DNA of 32,000 nt from Mycolicibacterium smegmatis (lineage in GTDB: Bacteria; Actinomycetota; Actinomycetes; Mycobacteriales; Mycobacteriaceae), in NCBI RefSeq assembly GCF_001457595.1, contig NZ_LN831039.1, positions 5,160,001 through 5,192,000 of the forward strand, given 5' to 3'. Below are positions 1-8,124 of the stretch, one piece after another. Below the pieces are notes generated by a model. It did not search any database. It had not been told where the DNA came from and was given only the letters and a program-made list of their open reading frames with translations. Made by a program: the position numbers and the translations under genes. The number at the start of each line of letters is the position of its first letter. Position 1 is the stretch's first letter.

Positions 1-2589
1 CGCGCACCGCGGACCGGCAAGAAACCGCCGTACGAGGTGGTGGACCCGCAGCCGCTCATGTCGCTGCCCAACCCCGACCGCGGTGATCTGTTCTTCGACT
101 TCGAGGGTGACCCGCTGTGGACCGACGACGGCGTGCAGTGGGGCCTGGAGTACATGTTCGGCGTGCTGGGCACCGCGCCGCGGGCCGACGAGGACTTCCA
201 CCCGCTGTGGGCCCACAACCGCCGCGAGGAGCGGCAGGCGCTGCGCGACTTCCTGGCGCTGGTGCGCAAACGCCGCAAGCGTCATCCGCACATGCACGTC
301 TACCACTACGCGGCGTACGAGAAGACCGCGCTGCTGCGCCTGGCCGGGCGTTACGGCGAAGGCGAGGACGAGGTCGACGAACTGCTGCGCGCAGGTGTGC
401 TGGTGGACCTGTATCCGCTGGTGCGCAAGAGCATTCGCGTGGGAACCGAGAACTACAGCCTGAAATCCCTTGAGCCGCTGTACATGGGTGCGCAGTTGCG
501 TGACGGCGACGTCACCACCGCGACCGATTCCATCACGCAGTACGGGCTCTACTGCACGCTGCGCGCCGAGGGCCGCGACGACGAGGCCGCGCTGGTGCTC
601 AAGGAGATCGAGGATTACAACCTCTACGACTGCGTGTCGACGCGCAAGCTGCGGGACTGGCTGATCAACCGGGCGATCGAGTGCAGCGTGCCGCCCCTTG
701 GCGCGCAACCGGTCGGCCGCGACACCGCACCCGAACCCGAGGACCAGATCGCGCGCACGCTGCGCCGCTTCGTCGGCGACGACGAGCGCACCCCGCAGCA
801 GCAGGCTGTCGCCATGATCGCGGCCGCGCGGGGCTACCACCGTCGCGAGGACAAGCCGTTCTGGTGGAGCCACTTCGACCGGCTCAACCACCCGGTCGAG
901 GAATGGTCTGACGGCGCAGGCGTTTTCGTCGCCGACACCGCGCACGTCGAGGTCGACTGGCACACCCCGCCGCGGGCGCGCAAGCCCCAGCGGTGGGTGC
1001 GCCTCACCGGCGCCATGGCCGCCGGGGAACTCAGCCGCGAGATGTACGCGCTCTACGAGCCGCCGGCCCCCTCCGGCTTGACCGACGATCCCGAGCGCCG
1101 CGCGTTCGGGTCGGTCCAGGTGCTCGAGGCCGACGATGCGTCCGCACCCACCGAGGTGCTGATCTGCGAGCGGGAACCCAAGGAGGGCGGCACCTTTCAC
1201 CAGTTGCCGTTCGCGCTGACGCCGGGCCCGCCCATCCGCACCACCGCGCTGCAGAATTCCATCGAGGCCACGGCCGCGCAGATCGCCGAAGGACTTCCCC
1301 GGCTACCCGGCAACGCCGTCGTCGACATCCTGCTGCGCAGGCCGCCGCGCACCCGCAGCGGCGGCCCGCTGCCACACGGCCAGGCAGCCAAGCACGAGCT
1401 GATCACCGCGGCACTGCTCGACCTCGACTCGTCCTACCTCGCGGTGCACGGTCCACCCGGCACGGGCAAGACATTCACGTCTGCGGCCGTGATCGCACGG
1501 CTGGTCAATCGACACCATTGGCGCATCGGCGTGGTCGCACAGGCACATGCCGTGGTGGAGAACCTTTTCCGCGACGTCATCGCCGCGGACGTGCCGGCCG
1601 ACGCCGTGGCCAAGAAGCCCCATGGTGACAACGCGTGCTGGACCGAACTGAGCGAGAAGGAATATCCCGACTTCCTCGATCAGCACACCGGCACCGGCTG
1701 CGTGATCGGCGGCACCGCATGGGATTTCGCGAACCCGGTACGCATCCCGCCCGGCAGTCTGGATCTGCTGGTGGTCGAGGAGGCCGGCCAGTACAGCCTG
1801 GCCAACACCATCGCGGTCGCCCCCGCGGCGCACAACCTGCTGCTGCTGGGCGACCCGCAGCAGCTCCCCCAGGTCAGCCAGGGCACACATCCCGAACCCG
1901 TCGACACCTCGGCGCTGGGCTGGCTCGTGGACGGCCACCACACGCTGCCCGCCGAACTCGGCTACTTCCTGGACTGCTCGTACCGCATGCACCCCGCGGT
2001 GTGCGCGGCGGTGTCGCGGCTGTCCTACGACAACCGCCTGCGCTCGGTCGACGACGTCACCGCGGCGCGCCACCTCGACGGCCAGGAACCCGGCGTGCAC
2101 GTACTGCTGGTCGACCACGACGGCAACGCCACCGACAGCCCGGAGGAGGCCCAGGTGATCGTCGCCGAGATCCGGCGACTGCTCGGCGCGGCCTGGACCG
2201 ACGAGCGCGGCACCGTGCCGCTGGGCCAGGACCACGTGCTGGTGGTGACGCCGTACAACGCACAGGTGGTGACGATGCGCCGGTATCTCGACGCGGCCGG
2301 TCTCACCGACGTGCGTGTGGGCACGGTGGACAAGTTCCAGGGCCAGCAGGCGCCCGTGGTGTTCATCTCGATGGTGGCGTCCTCGGTCGACGATGTGCCG
2401 CGCGGGATCTCGTTCCTGCTCAACCGCAATCGCCTCAACGTCGCGGTGAGCCGCGCCAAGTACGCCGCGGTGATCGTGCGGTCGGCCGCGCTCACCGAAT
2501 ACCTGCCCTCGACCCCGGCCGGTGTCGTGGAACTCGGCGCGTTCTTGGCCCTACCCGATGCCCTACCCGGCGCCCTGAACACCGTGTGA
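1..2589 (+). CDS. TM0106-family RecB-like nuclease / SF1 helicase fusion (Rv1251c-like), 5' truncated by the window edge
   Basis: Frame 1 is open from base 1 (RAPRTGKKPPYEVVDPQP...) into the 37..2589 ORF. RNase H-like segment DLFFDFEGDPLW; Walker A GPPGTGKTFTSAAVI; Walker B-like LLVVEEAGQYSLAN; helicase motifs VGTVDKFQGQQAPVVFISM and RNRLNVAVSRAKYAAVIV. Confidence 0.85.
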   Translation, partial: RAPRTGKKPPYEVVDPQPLMSLPNPDRGDLFFDFEGDPLWTDDGVQWGLEYMFGVLGTAPRADEDFHPLWAHNRREERQALRDFLALVRKRRKRHPHMHVYHYAAYEKTALLRLAGRYGEGEDEVDELLRAGVLVDLYPLVRKSIRVGTENYSLKSLEPLYMGAQLRDGDVTTATDSITQYGLYCTLRAEGRDDEAALVLKEIEDYNLYDCVSTRKLRDWLINRAIECSVPPLGAQPVGRDTAPEPEDQIARTLRRFVGDDERTPQQQAVAMIAAARGYHRREDKPFWWSHFDRLNHPVEEWSDGAGVFVADTAHVEVDWHTPPRARKPQRWVRLTGAMAAGELSREMYALYEPPAPSGLTDDPERRAFGSVQVLEADDASAPTEVLICEREPKEGGTFHQLPFALTPGPPIRTTALQNSIEATAAQIAEGLPRLPGNAVVDILLRRPPRTRSGGPLPHGQAAKHELITAALLDLDSSYLAVHGPPGTGKTFTSAAVIARLVNRHHWRIGVVAQAHAVVENLFRDVIAADVPADAVAKKPHGDNACWTELSEKEYPDFLDQHTGTGCVIGGTAWDFANPVRIPPGSLDLLVVEEAGQYSLANTIAVAPAAHNLLLLGDPQQLPQVSQGTHPEPVDTSALGWLVDGHHTLPAELGYFLDCSYRMHPAVCAAVSRLSYDNRLRSVDDVTAARHLDGQEPGVHVLLVDHDGNATDSPEEAQVIVAEIRRLLGAAWTDERGTVPLGQDHVLVVTPYNAQVVTMRRYLDAAGLTDVRVGTVDKFQGQQAPVVFISMVASSVDDVPRGISFLLNRNRLNVAVSRAKYAAVIVRSAALTEYLPSTPAGVVELGAFLALPDALPGALNTV

Positions 2590-2602
2590 TAGACCCCCTT
2601 GC

Positions 2603-3958
2603 GTGGCTGAAGCGCTCACCGAACGGCTCGCGCACATCGTCGGCGCGGGTCACGTCAGCACCGATCCCGATGTGCTGGCGGCGCGGTCGGTCGACCACAC
2701 CGGACGCTATCGAGGACGGGCTTGCGCGCTGGTCCGCCCCGGGACAGGCGACCAGGTCGCCGCGGTGCTGCGCGCGTGCCGCGACGCCGGGGCGTACGTC
2801 ACGGTGCAGGGTGGCCGCACGTCACTGGTCGCGGGCACCGTGCCCGAGCACGACGACGTGCTGCTGTCGACCGAGCGGCTCACCACCATCGGCGGCGTCG
2901 ACACCGTCGAGCGCCGCATCAGCGTCGGCGCGGGCGTGACGCTCGCGGCCGTACAGAAGACCGCCGCGGCCGCGGGCCTGGTGTTCGGCGTCGACCTCGC
3001 GGCACGGGATTCGGCCACCGTGGGCGGCATGGCCTCGACCAACGCGGGCGGCCTGCGCACCGTGCGGTACGGCAACATGGGCGAGCAGGTCCTGGGCCTC
3101 GACATCGCGCTGCCCGACGGGTCGGTGGTGCACCGGCACAGCCAGGTACGCCGCGACAACACCGGATACGACCTCACGTCGCTGTTCGTCGGCGCCGAGG
3201 GCACACTCGGGGTGATCACGGCGCTGGACCTGCGGCTGTATCCCGTCCCGACGCACCGCGCCACTGCCGTGTGCGGTTTCGCCGATCTGGACGCCCTGGT
3301 CGAAACCGGAAGGCGGTTCCGGGATCTCGACGGCATCGCGGCGCTCGAGTTGATCGACGCGCGTGCGGGCAGGCTGGCCGCTGAACACCTCGGCGTCCCC
3401 GTCCCGGTCGCCGGATCATGGCTGCTGCTCATCGAACTCGCCGGTGACACCGACCAGACCGAGCGACTCGCCGACGCGCTCACCGATGCGCAGGTGTGCG
3501 ACGAACCCGCGGTCGGCATCGACATCGGCGCGCAGCAGCGGCTGTGGAACGTACGCGAATCGCTCGCCGAGGTGGTGGGCCTGTTCGGACCGCCGCTGAA
3601 ATTCGATGTGTCGCTGCCCCTTTCGGCCATCGCCGGGTTCGCCGAATCCGCGGGCAAGCTGGTCGCCGAACACGCGCCGGACGCGATCCCGGTGTTGTTC
3701 GGCCACATCGGCGAGGGCAACCTGCACCTCAACGTGCTGCGCTGCGCGCTGGACACCGAGCCCGCGCTGTACGCGGCCATGATGGCGCTGATCGCCGACT
3801 GCGGCGGCAACGTCAGCTCCGAACACGGTGTCGGCACCCGCAAGCGCGACTACGTCGCGATGTCGCGCACCCCCGCCGACATCGCCGCGATGCGCGCGGT
3901 CAAGGCCGCGTTGGATCCGCGGGGTTACCTGAACCCCGCGGTGCTGTTCGGTCAGTGA
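2603..3958 (+). CDS. FAD-binding oxidoreductase, glycolate oxidase / D-lactate dehydrogenase type (Rv1257c-like)
   Basis: 451 aa, GTG start. FAD_binding_4 features (VTVQGGRTSLVAG, GGMASTNAGGLRTVRYGNMGEQVLGLDI, SLFVGAEGTLGVITALDLRL) and C-terminal GHIGEGNLHLNVL...SSEHGVGTRKRDY. Confidence 0.9.
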   Translation: MAEALTERLAHIVGAGHVSTDPDVLAARSVDHTGRYRGRACALVRPGTGDQVAAVLRACRDAGAYVTVQGGRTSLVAGTVPEHDDVLLSTERLTTIGGVDTVERRISVGAGVTLAAVQKTAAAAGLVFGVDLAARDSATVGGMASTNAGGLRTVRYGNMGEQVLGLDIALPDGSVVHRHSQVRRDNTGYDLTSLFVGAEGTLGVITALDLRLYPVPTHRATAVCGFADLDALVETGRRFRDLDGIAALELIDARAGRLAAEHLGVPVPVAGSWLLLIELAGDTDQTERLADALTDAQVCDEPAVGIDIGAQQRLWNVRESLAEVVGLFGPPLKFDVSLPLSAIAGFAESAGKLVAEHAPDAIPVLFGHIGEGNLHLNVLRCALDTEPALYAAMMALIADCGGNVSSEHGVGTRKRDYVAMSRTPADIAAMRAVKAALDPRGYLNPAVLFGQ

Positions 3959-3965
3959 GCGAGGG

Positions 3966-5672
3966 TCACCGGCGCTGCGGACCGCGACCGGGCAGCGGAT
4001 CCTCCGGCGGCGCGTCCTGCATCAACCGGTCGAGGATGTGCTGCCACCGGTCGTCCTGCGGATCGGTGGGCGGATCCTCGGGCGGGTCGCTGCTCAGGAT
4101 GATCTCGATGTACTCATCGTCGTCGGGATAGTCGCCCGCGTGCTCCGGTTCGGGATGCCCCGCCGCGCGGTTGCTGCCGAAGCCCAGCAGGAACAGCGCG
4201 GCCACCACACCGAACAGCGCGATGAACGCAGGCAGCAGCATGGCCTGCGACATCGCGGCCGAGAACGGTTCACGCAGGAACTCGGGAAGCTGCTCCACCG
4301 CGCCCCCCGCTTCGCCCGCGGGTGCCGCGTCCTGCATGCCAGGAACCTCGTCGGTGATGCGCCACGTCATGAACGCCGCGATCCCCGCACTGCCCAGCAC
4401 CGAGCCGACCTGCCGCGTCGTGTTGTAGACGCCCGATCCGGCGCCGGCCAGATCGGGCGGCAGGTGCCGCGTGGCCGTGGCCGCAAGCGGTGACCAGATG
4501 AACGCCATGCCGATGCCCATGAGCAGTTGCGGCAGCAGCAGCCGCCAGATCGGCGTCGTGGGCGCCATCTCGATCGACAGCCAGGTCAGCCCGATCGCCA
4601 TGGCCGAGAAGCCGAAGCCGATCACGGGCATGGGGTGCACGCGGTCGACGATGCGCCCGACGAACGGTGCCAGCACGCCGCTTGCGATCGCGGTCGGCGC
4701 GGTGACCAACGCCGACCGGATGGGCGACAGACCGCACACGGTCTGCAGATAGAACATCAGCGGCAGGATCATCGCGGTGACCGCGAACCCGATGACGGCG
4801 ACGCCGATGTTGGCGAGCGTGAAGTCGCGGTCGGCGAAGACCCGCAGCGGGATGAGCGGTTCGCGCGTGTTCACCGACTGCCAGAAGAAGAACGCGGCCA
4901 TGACCCCGACACCCAGCGTCGCGGTGCCCCACACCCACGGCGCCCAATCCTTCGACTGCCCCTCCTGCAGCGCGAACACGATCAGGAACATGCCGACCGC
5001 GGACAGCACGATGCCCGGGATGTCGAAGTGGTGCCGCGTGGTCGGCAGCGTCGGCACCAGCCACACCGCGAGTGCGATGCCCACGATGCCGACGGGCACG
5101 TTGACGAAGAAGATCCACTGCCAGCCCAGTCCGCCCACCAGCACACCGCCGGCCAGCGGGCCCACGAGTGTCGCGACGCCCGCCGTGGCTCCCCACACGC
5201 TCATCGCGACACCGCGCCGGTTGGCCGGGAAGATGCGCGTGATCGCCGACAGCGTCTGCGGCGTCAGCAGCGCCGCGCCGATACCCTGTACGACGCGCGC
5301 GGCGATCAGCATCTCGATGCTGCCCGCCAGACCGCACCACAGCGAGGCCGCGGTGAAGACACCCAGACCCAGCAGGTAGAGGTTCTTGGGCCCGTACATG
5401 TCCCCGAGCCGGCCCGTGACGAGCAGCGGTACCGCGTATGCCAGCAGATACGCGCTGGTCACCCAGATCACGCCGTCGTAGTCGGCACCGAGTTCCACCA
5501 TGATCGTCGGGTTCGCGACCGAGACGATCGTCGCGTCGACCAGGATCATGAAGAACCCGAACATCATGGCCCACAGCGCATTCCACGGATTCCCCGTACC
5601 GTCCTGCGGGCGCAGTGCACCCACTCGGCTGGGGAGCAGGCCCGCGATGCGGGCGTTCAGCGATGAAGGCAT
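3966..5672 (-). CDS. MFS transporter, DHA2 / EmrB-QacA drug efflux family (Rv1250-like)
   Basis: 568 aa; [52 protein letters not shown], many hydrophobic segments. Confidence 0.9.
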   Translation of the reverse strand: MPSSLNARIAGLLPSRVGALRPQDGTGNPWNALWAMMFGFFMILVDATIVSVANPTIMVELGADYDGVIWVTSAYLLAYAVPLLVTGRLGDMYGPKNLYLLGLGVFTAASLWCGLAGSIEMLIAARVVQGIGAALLTPQTLSAITRIFPANRRGVAMSVWGATAGVATLVGPLAGGVLVGGLGWQWIFFVNVPVGIVGIALAVWLVPTLPTTRHHFDIPGIVLSAVGMFLIVFALQEGQSKDWAPWVWGTATLGVGVMAAFFFWQSVNTREPLIPLRVFADRDFTLANIGVAVIGFAVTAMILPLMFYLQTVCGLSPIRSALVTAPTAIASGVLAPFVGRIVDRVHPMPVIGFGFSAMAIGLTWLSIEMAPTTPIWRLLLPQLLMGIGMAFIWSPLAATATRHLPPDLAGAGSGVYNTTRQVGSVLGSAGIAAFMTWRITDEVPGMQDAAPAGEAGGAVEQLPEFLREPFSAAMSQAMLLPAFIALFGVVAALFLLGFGSNRAAGHPEPEHAGDYPDDDEYIEIILSSDPPEDPPTDPQDDRWQHILDRLMQDAPPEDPLPGRGPQRR

Positions 5673-5741
5673 GACAAGTCGGTGGTGAATCGGGATTCTC
5701 GGGGCGCAGCCGACGCTACGGACCCGCCCCTATCCAAACAA

Positions 5742-5759
5742 GTCCGCCCGTTCGCGGAC
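5742..5759 (-). terminator. Candidate terminator hairpin downstream of the Bcr/CflA gene
   Basis: GTCCGC-CCGTTC-GCGGAC, perfect 6-bp stem just past the stop at 5763, followed on the minus strand by TTGTTTGG (T-rich only weakly). Confidence 0.35.
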
Positions 5760-5762
5760 CGG

Positions 5763-7058
5763 TCAGGCCGGTTCGGCCACCGCCTCGGCAACCACATCAT
5801 CGGAGCCGGGGCCGTCCTCGTTACCGTCGTGGGTCTCGTCATCGGCGTGGCTGCCGCCGACGAGGAGCAACGCCACGAGCGCGATGGCCATACCGGCGGT
5901 CATCACACCCGAGAGCGCCAGCGCGCCGTTGCCCAGCGCCCCGACCAGCGGGGCCACCAGCGCGCCGATGCCGAACTGCGCGGCCCCCAGCAGGGCGGCC
6001 GCGGTGCCCGCGGCCTCGGAATGCCGTGACAACGCCACCGCGGGCGCGTTGGGGATCACGAAGCCCATGGCCGTGAGGATGGCCATGACCGGCACCAGGA
6101 ACCCGATGAGTCCCCCGACGTCGGCGATCGTCAGACCGACGAACACCGCGCCCACCACGGTCGCCGACGCCAGCGCGGCCACCGTGATGGCCTGCGGGGT
6201 GAAACGCCGCAGCAGCACGACGTTGAACTGCGTCGACCCGATCAGCGCGACCGCGCCCGCGGCGAACACCGCCGCGAACATCTGCTGGTCCAGGCCGTAG
6301 CGGCCCTGCAGCACGAACGGGGCCGCCGAGATGTAGGCGAACAGCCCGGACATGCCCAGCGCGGCGACCAGCACCAGGATCACGAAGCGTGCGTCGTGCA
6401 GCAGCCGGCCGTAGGTCCGCATGATGCCGCCCACCTTGAGCGGACGGCGGTGCGACGTCGGCAGCGTCTCGGGCAGCGCCAGCGCCGCCATGACGAGCAA
6501 CAGACCGGCCAGGATCACCAGGGCGACGAACACCCAGTGCCACGAAGCCTTCAGCAACACCGCGGCGCCCAGCGAGGGCGCGAGTACGGGCGCCACGCCC
6601 AGCACCAGCATGAGCCGCGACATCACGGTCGCGGCGGTGTTGCCGGAGTAGAGGTCGCCGACGACGGCGATCGCGACCACCGCGGCCGCGGACGCACCCA
6701 TGCCCTGCAGCCCGCGCGCGATGCCCAGCACGGCGATGTTGGGCGCCAGGAAGCACAGCACCGACGCCGCCATGTGCAGCACGATGCCCGCCAACAGCGG
6801 ACGGCGCCTGCCGAGCGAATCCGACAGCGACCCGACCACCAACTGGCCCAGCGCCAGGCCCGCCAGGGTCCCGGTCAGGGTCAGCTGTGCGACCGAAGAC
6901 GAGACCGACAGTTCCTCGCCGATCTTCGGCAACGCCGGAAGGTACATGTCGATGGTGAGAGGGCCCAGAGTGATCAACGCACCGAGCACCAAGATCATCC
7001 GAGTGCGACTCGGCACGCCCGCTGTATTTCTCTGGTCCACGTCGGGCGATGATGCCAT
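5763..7058 (-). CDS. MFS transporter, Bcr/CflA-type drug resistance family
   Basis: 431 aa; LGPLTIDMYLPALPKIGEELSVS, GLALGQLVVGSLSDSLGRRRPLLAG, ARGLQGMGASAAAVVAIAVVGDLY. Confidence 0.9.
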   Translation of the reverse strand: MASSPDVDQRNTAGVPSRTRMILVLGALITLGPLTIDMYLPALPKIGEELSVSSSVAQLTLTGTLAGLALGQLVVGSLSDSLGRRRPLLAGIVLHMAASVLCFLAPNIAVLGIARGLQGMGASAAAVVAIAVVGDLYSGNTAATVMSRLMLVLGVAPVLAPSLGAAVLLKASWHWVFVALVILAGLLLVMAALALPETLPTSHRRPLKVGGIMRTYGRLLHDARFVILVLVAALGMSGLFAYISAAPFVLQGRYGLDQQMFAAVFAAGAVALIGSTQFNVVLLRRFTPQAITVAALASATVVGAVFVGLTIADVGGLIGFLVPVMAILTAMGFVIPNAPAVALSRHSEAAGTAAALLGAAQFGIGALVAPLVGALGNGALALSGVMTAGMAIALVALLLVGGSHADDETHDGNEDGPGSDDVVAEAVAEPA

Positions 7059-7102
7059 GAAAGTTATTAGCCCGTCATATCAATATTTTCTTCCCGAACC
7101 CT

Positions 7103-7118
7103 CGTGATCGGGGTCACG
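7103..7118. promoter_or_regulatory. CRP-like binding site
   Basis: CGTGATCGGGGTCACG contains the full GTGA-N6-TCAC core; located between the start of the Bcr/CflA gene (7058, -) and the start of the 7214 ORF (+). Confidence 0.45.
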
Positions 7119-7213
7119 CCCGGGCACGCGCGGGAATCTCCGTTCGTTAACTGTGTGCTGCGCCAGGGCTAGCCTGGACAGTCGAGTCAGCATTGCGACG
7201 TGGGGAGGCCCGC

Positions 7214-7975
7214 ATGGTGTTCGGTCGGTCGAAGAGCAAAAACCTGCCTGCGACTGTCGAGGGCGCGAACGGCCTCTCCGACGATCCCGGCACTGCCGCC
7301 AAGGTGCTCTCGCACATCATCGAGAGCAGCACACGCGTGCAGGCCCCCGCGGTGCGGGCCTACGTGGAACGGCTGCGCAGCCAGCAGCCGGACGCCACAC
7401 CCGCCCAGATCGTCAGCAGGCTGGAGAAGCACTACCTGGCCGCGGTGATGGCCAGCGGCGCGGCGGTCGGATCGGCCGCGGCGTTCCCGGGGATCGGCAC
7501 GCTGGCGGCCCTGTCGGCCGTCGCGGGCGAGACCGTGGTGTTCCTCGAGGCCACCTCGGTGTTCGTGCTCGCGGTCGCCGAGGTGCACGGTATCCCCGCC
7601 GACCACCGCGAACGGCGCCGTGCGCTGGTGCTTTCCGTGCTGGTCGGCGAGGACAGCAAACGCGCGCTGGCCGACCTGCTCGGGACCGGGCGCACGAGCG
7701 GCGCATGGCTGTCCGACGGCGCAGCAACGCTGCCCCTGCCCGCGGTGTCGCAGCTGAACTCCCGGCTGGTCAGGTACTTCGTGAAGCGGTATACGCTCAA
7801 GCGCGGCGCCATGGCCTTCGGCAAGCTGCTGCCGGTGGGCATCGGCGCGCTCATCGGCGGAGTCGGCAACCGCATGATGGGTAAGAAGATCGTCGCCAAC
7901 GCCGCCAAGGCGTTCGGCGCACCCCCGCCGCGGTGGCCGGCAACGTTGCATGTGCTGCCGTCCGCTCAGACCTGA
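7214..7975 (+). CDS. Conserved membrane protein (Rv1249c-like), function unknown
   Basis: Track ORF 7193..7975; ATG at 7214 (MVFGRSKSKNLPATVEG) looks the more likely start. Hydrophobic Ala/Gly-rich segments (AVMASGAAVGSAAAFPGIGTLAALSAVAGETVVFLEATSVFVLAV; LLPVGIGALIGGVGNRMMG). Confidence 0.75.
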   Translation: MVFGRSKSKNLPATVEGANGLSDDPGTAAKVLSHIIESSTRVQAPAVRAYVERLRSQQPDATPAQIVSRLEKHYLAAVMASGAAVGSAAAFPGIGTLAALSAVAGETVVFLEATSVFVLAVAEVHGIPADHRERRRALVLSVLVGEDSKRALADLLGTGRTSGAWLSDGAATLPLPAVSQLNSRLVRYFVKRYTLKRGAMAFGKLLPVGIGALIGGVGNRMMGKKIVANAAKAFGAPPPRWPATLHVLPSAQT

Positions 7976-8068
7976 TCAGATATGCGGTGCCGTGGTCGGC
8001 GCGCGCATGGGCGCGATAGCCTTAAGCGGGGGTCGAGCGGGTCAACCACCAAGAAGACGGAAAACAAG

Positions 8069-8120
8069 CGGCAAGCTCACTTGTCACGGCTTGCCGGACA
8101 CAAGAATCGAGGCGAGTGTC
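8069..8120 (+). promoter_or_regulatory. Potential structured leader of kgd (two consecutive hairpins)
   Basis: CGGCAAGC (8069-8076) pairs with GCTTGCCG (8089-8096); GACAC (8097-8101) pairs with GTGTC (8116-8120), and its loop holds the purine-rich GAGGCGAG, the likely RBS. Confidence 0.3.
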
Positions 8121-8124
8121 TGCC

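Noticed and set aside
2707-3843. 378-aa minus-strand ORF opposite the FAD oxidase
   Set aside because: Ser/Pro/Ala-rich low-complexity shadow of the authentic gene; no domain motifs.
4270-5586. Long out-of-frame ORFs (438 aa minus, and 379 aa plus at 4527..5666) within the DHA2 transporter
   Set aside because: Overlapping high-GC frame artefacts; the 568-aa MFS frame explains the region.
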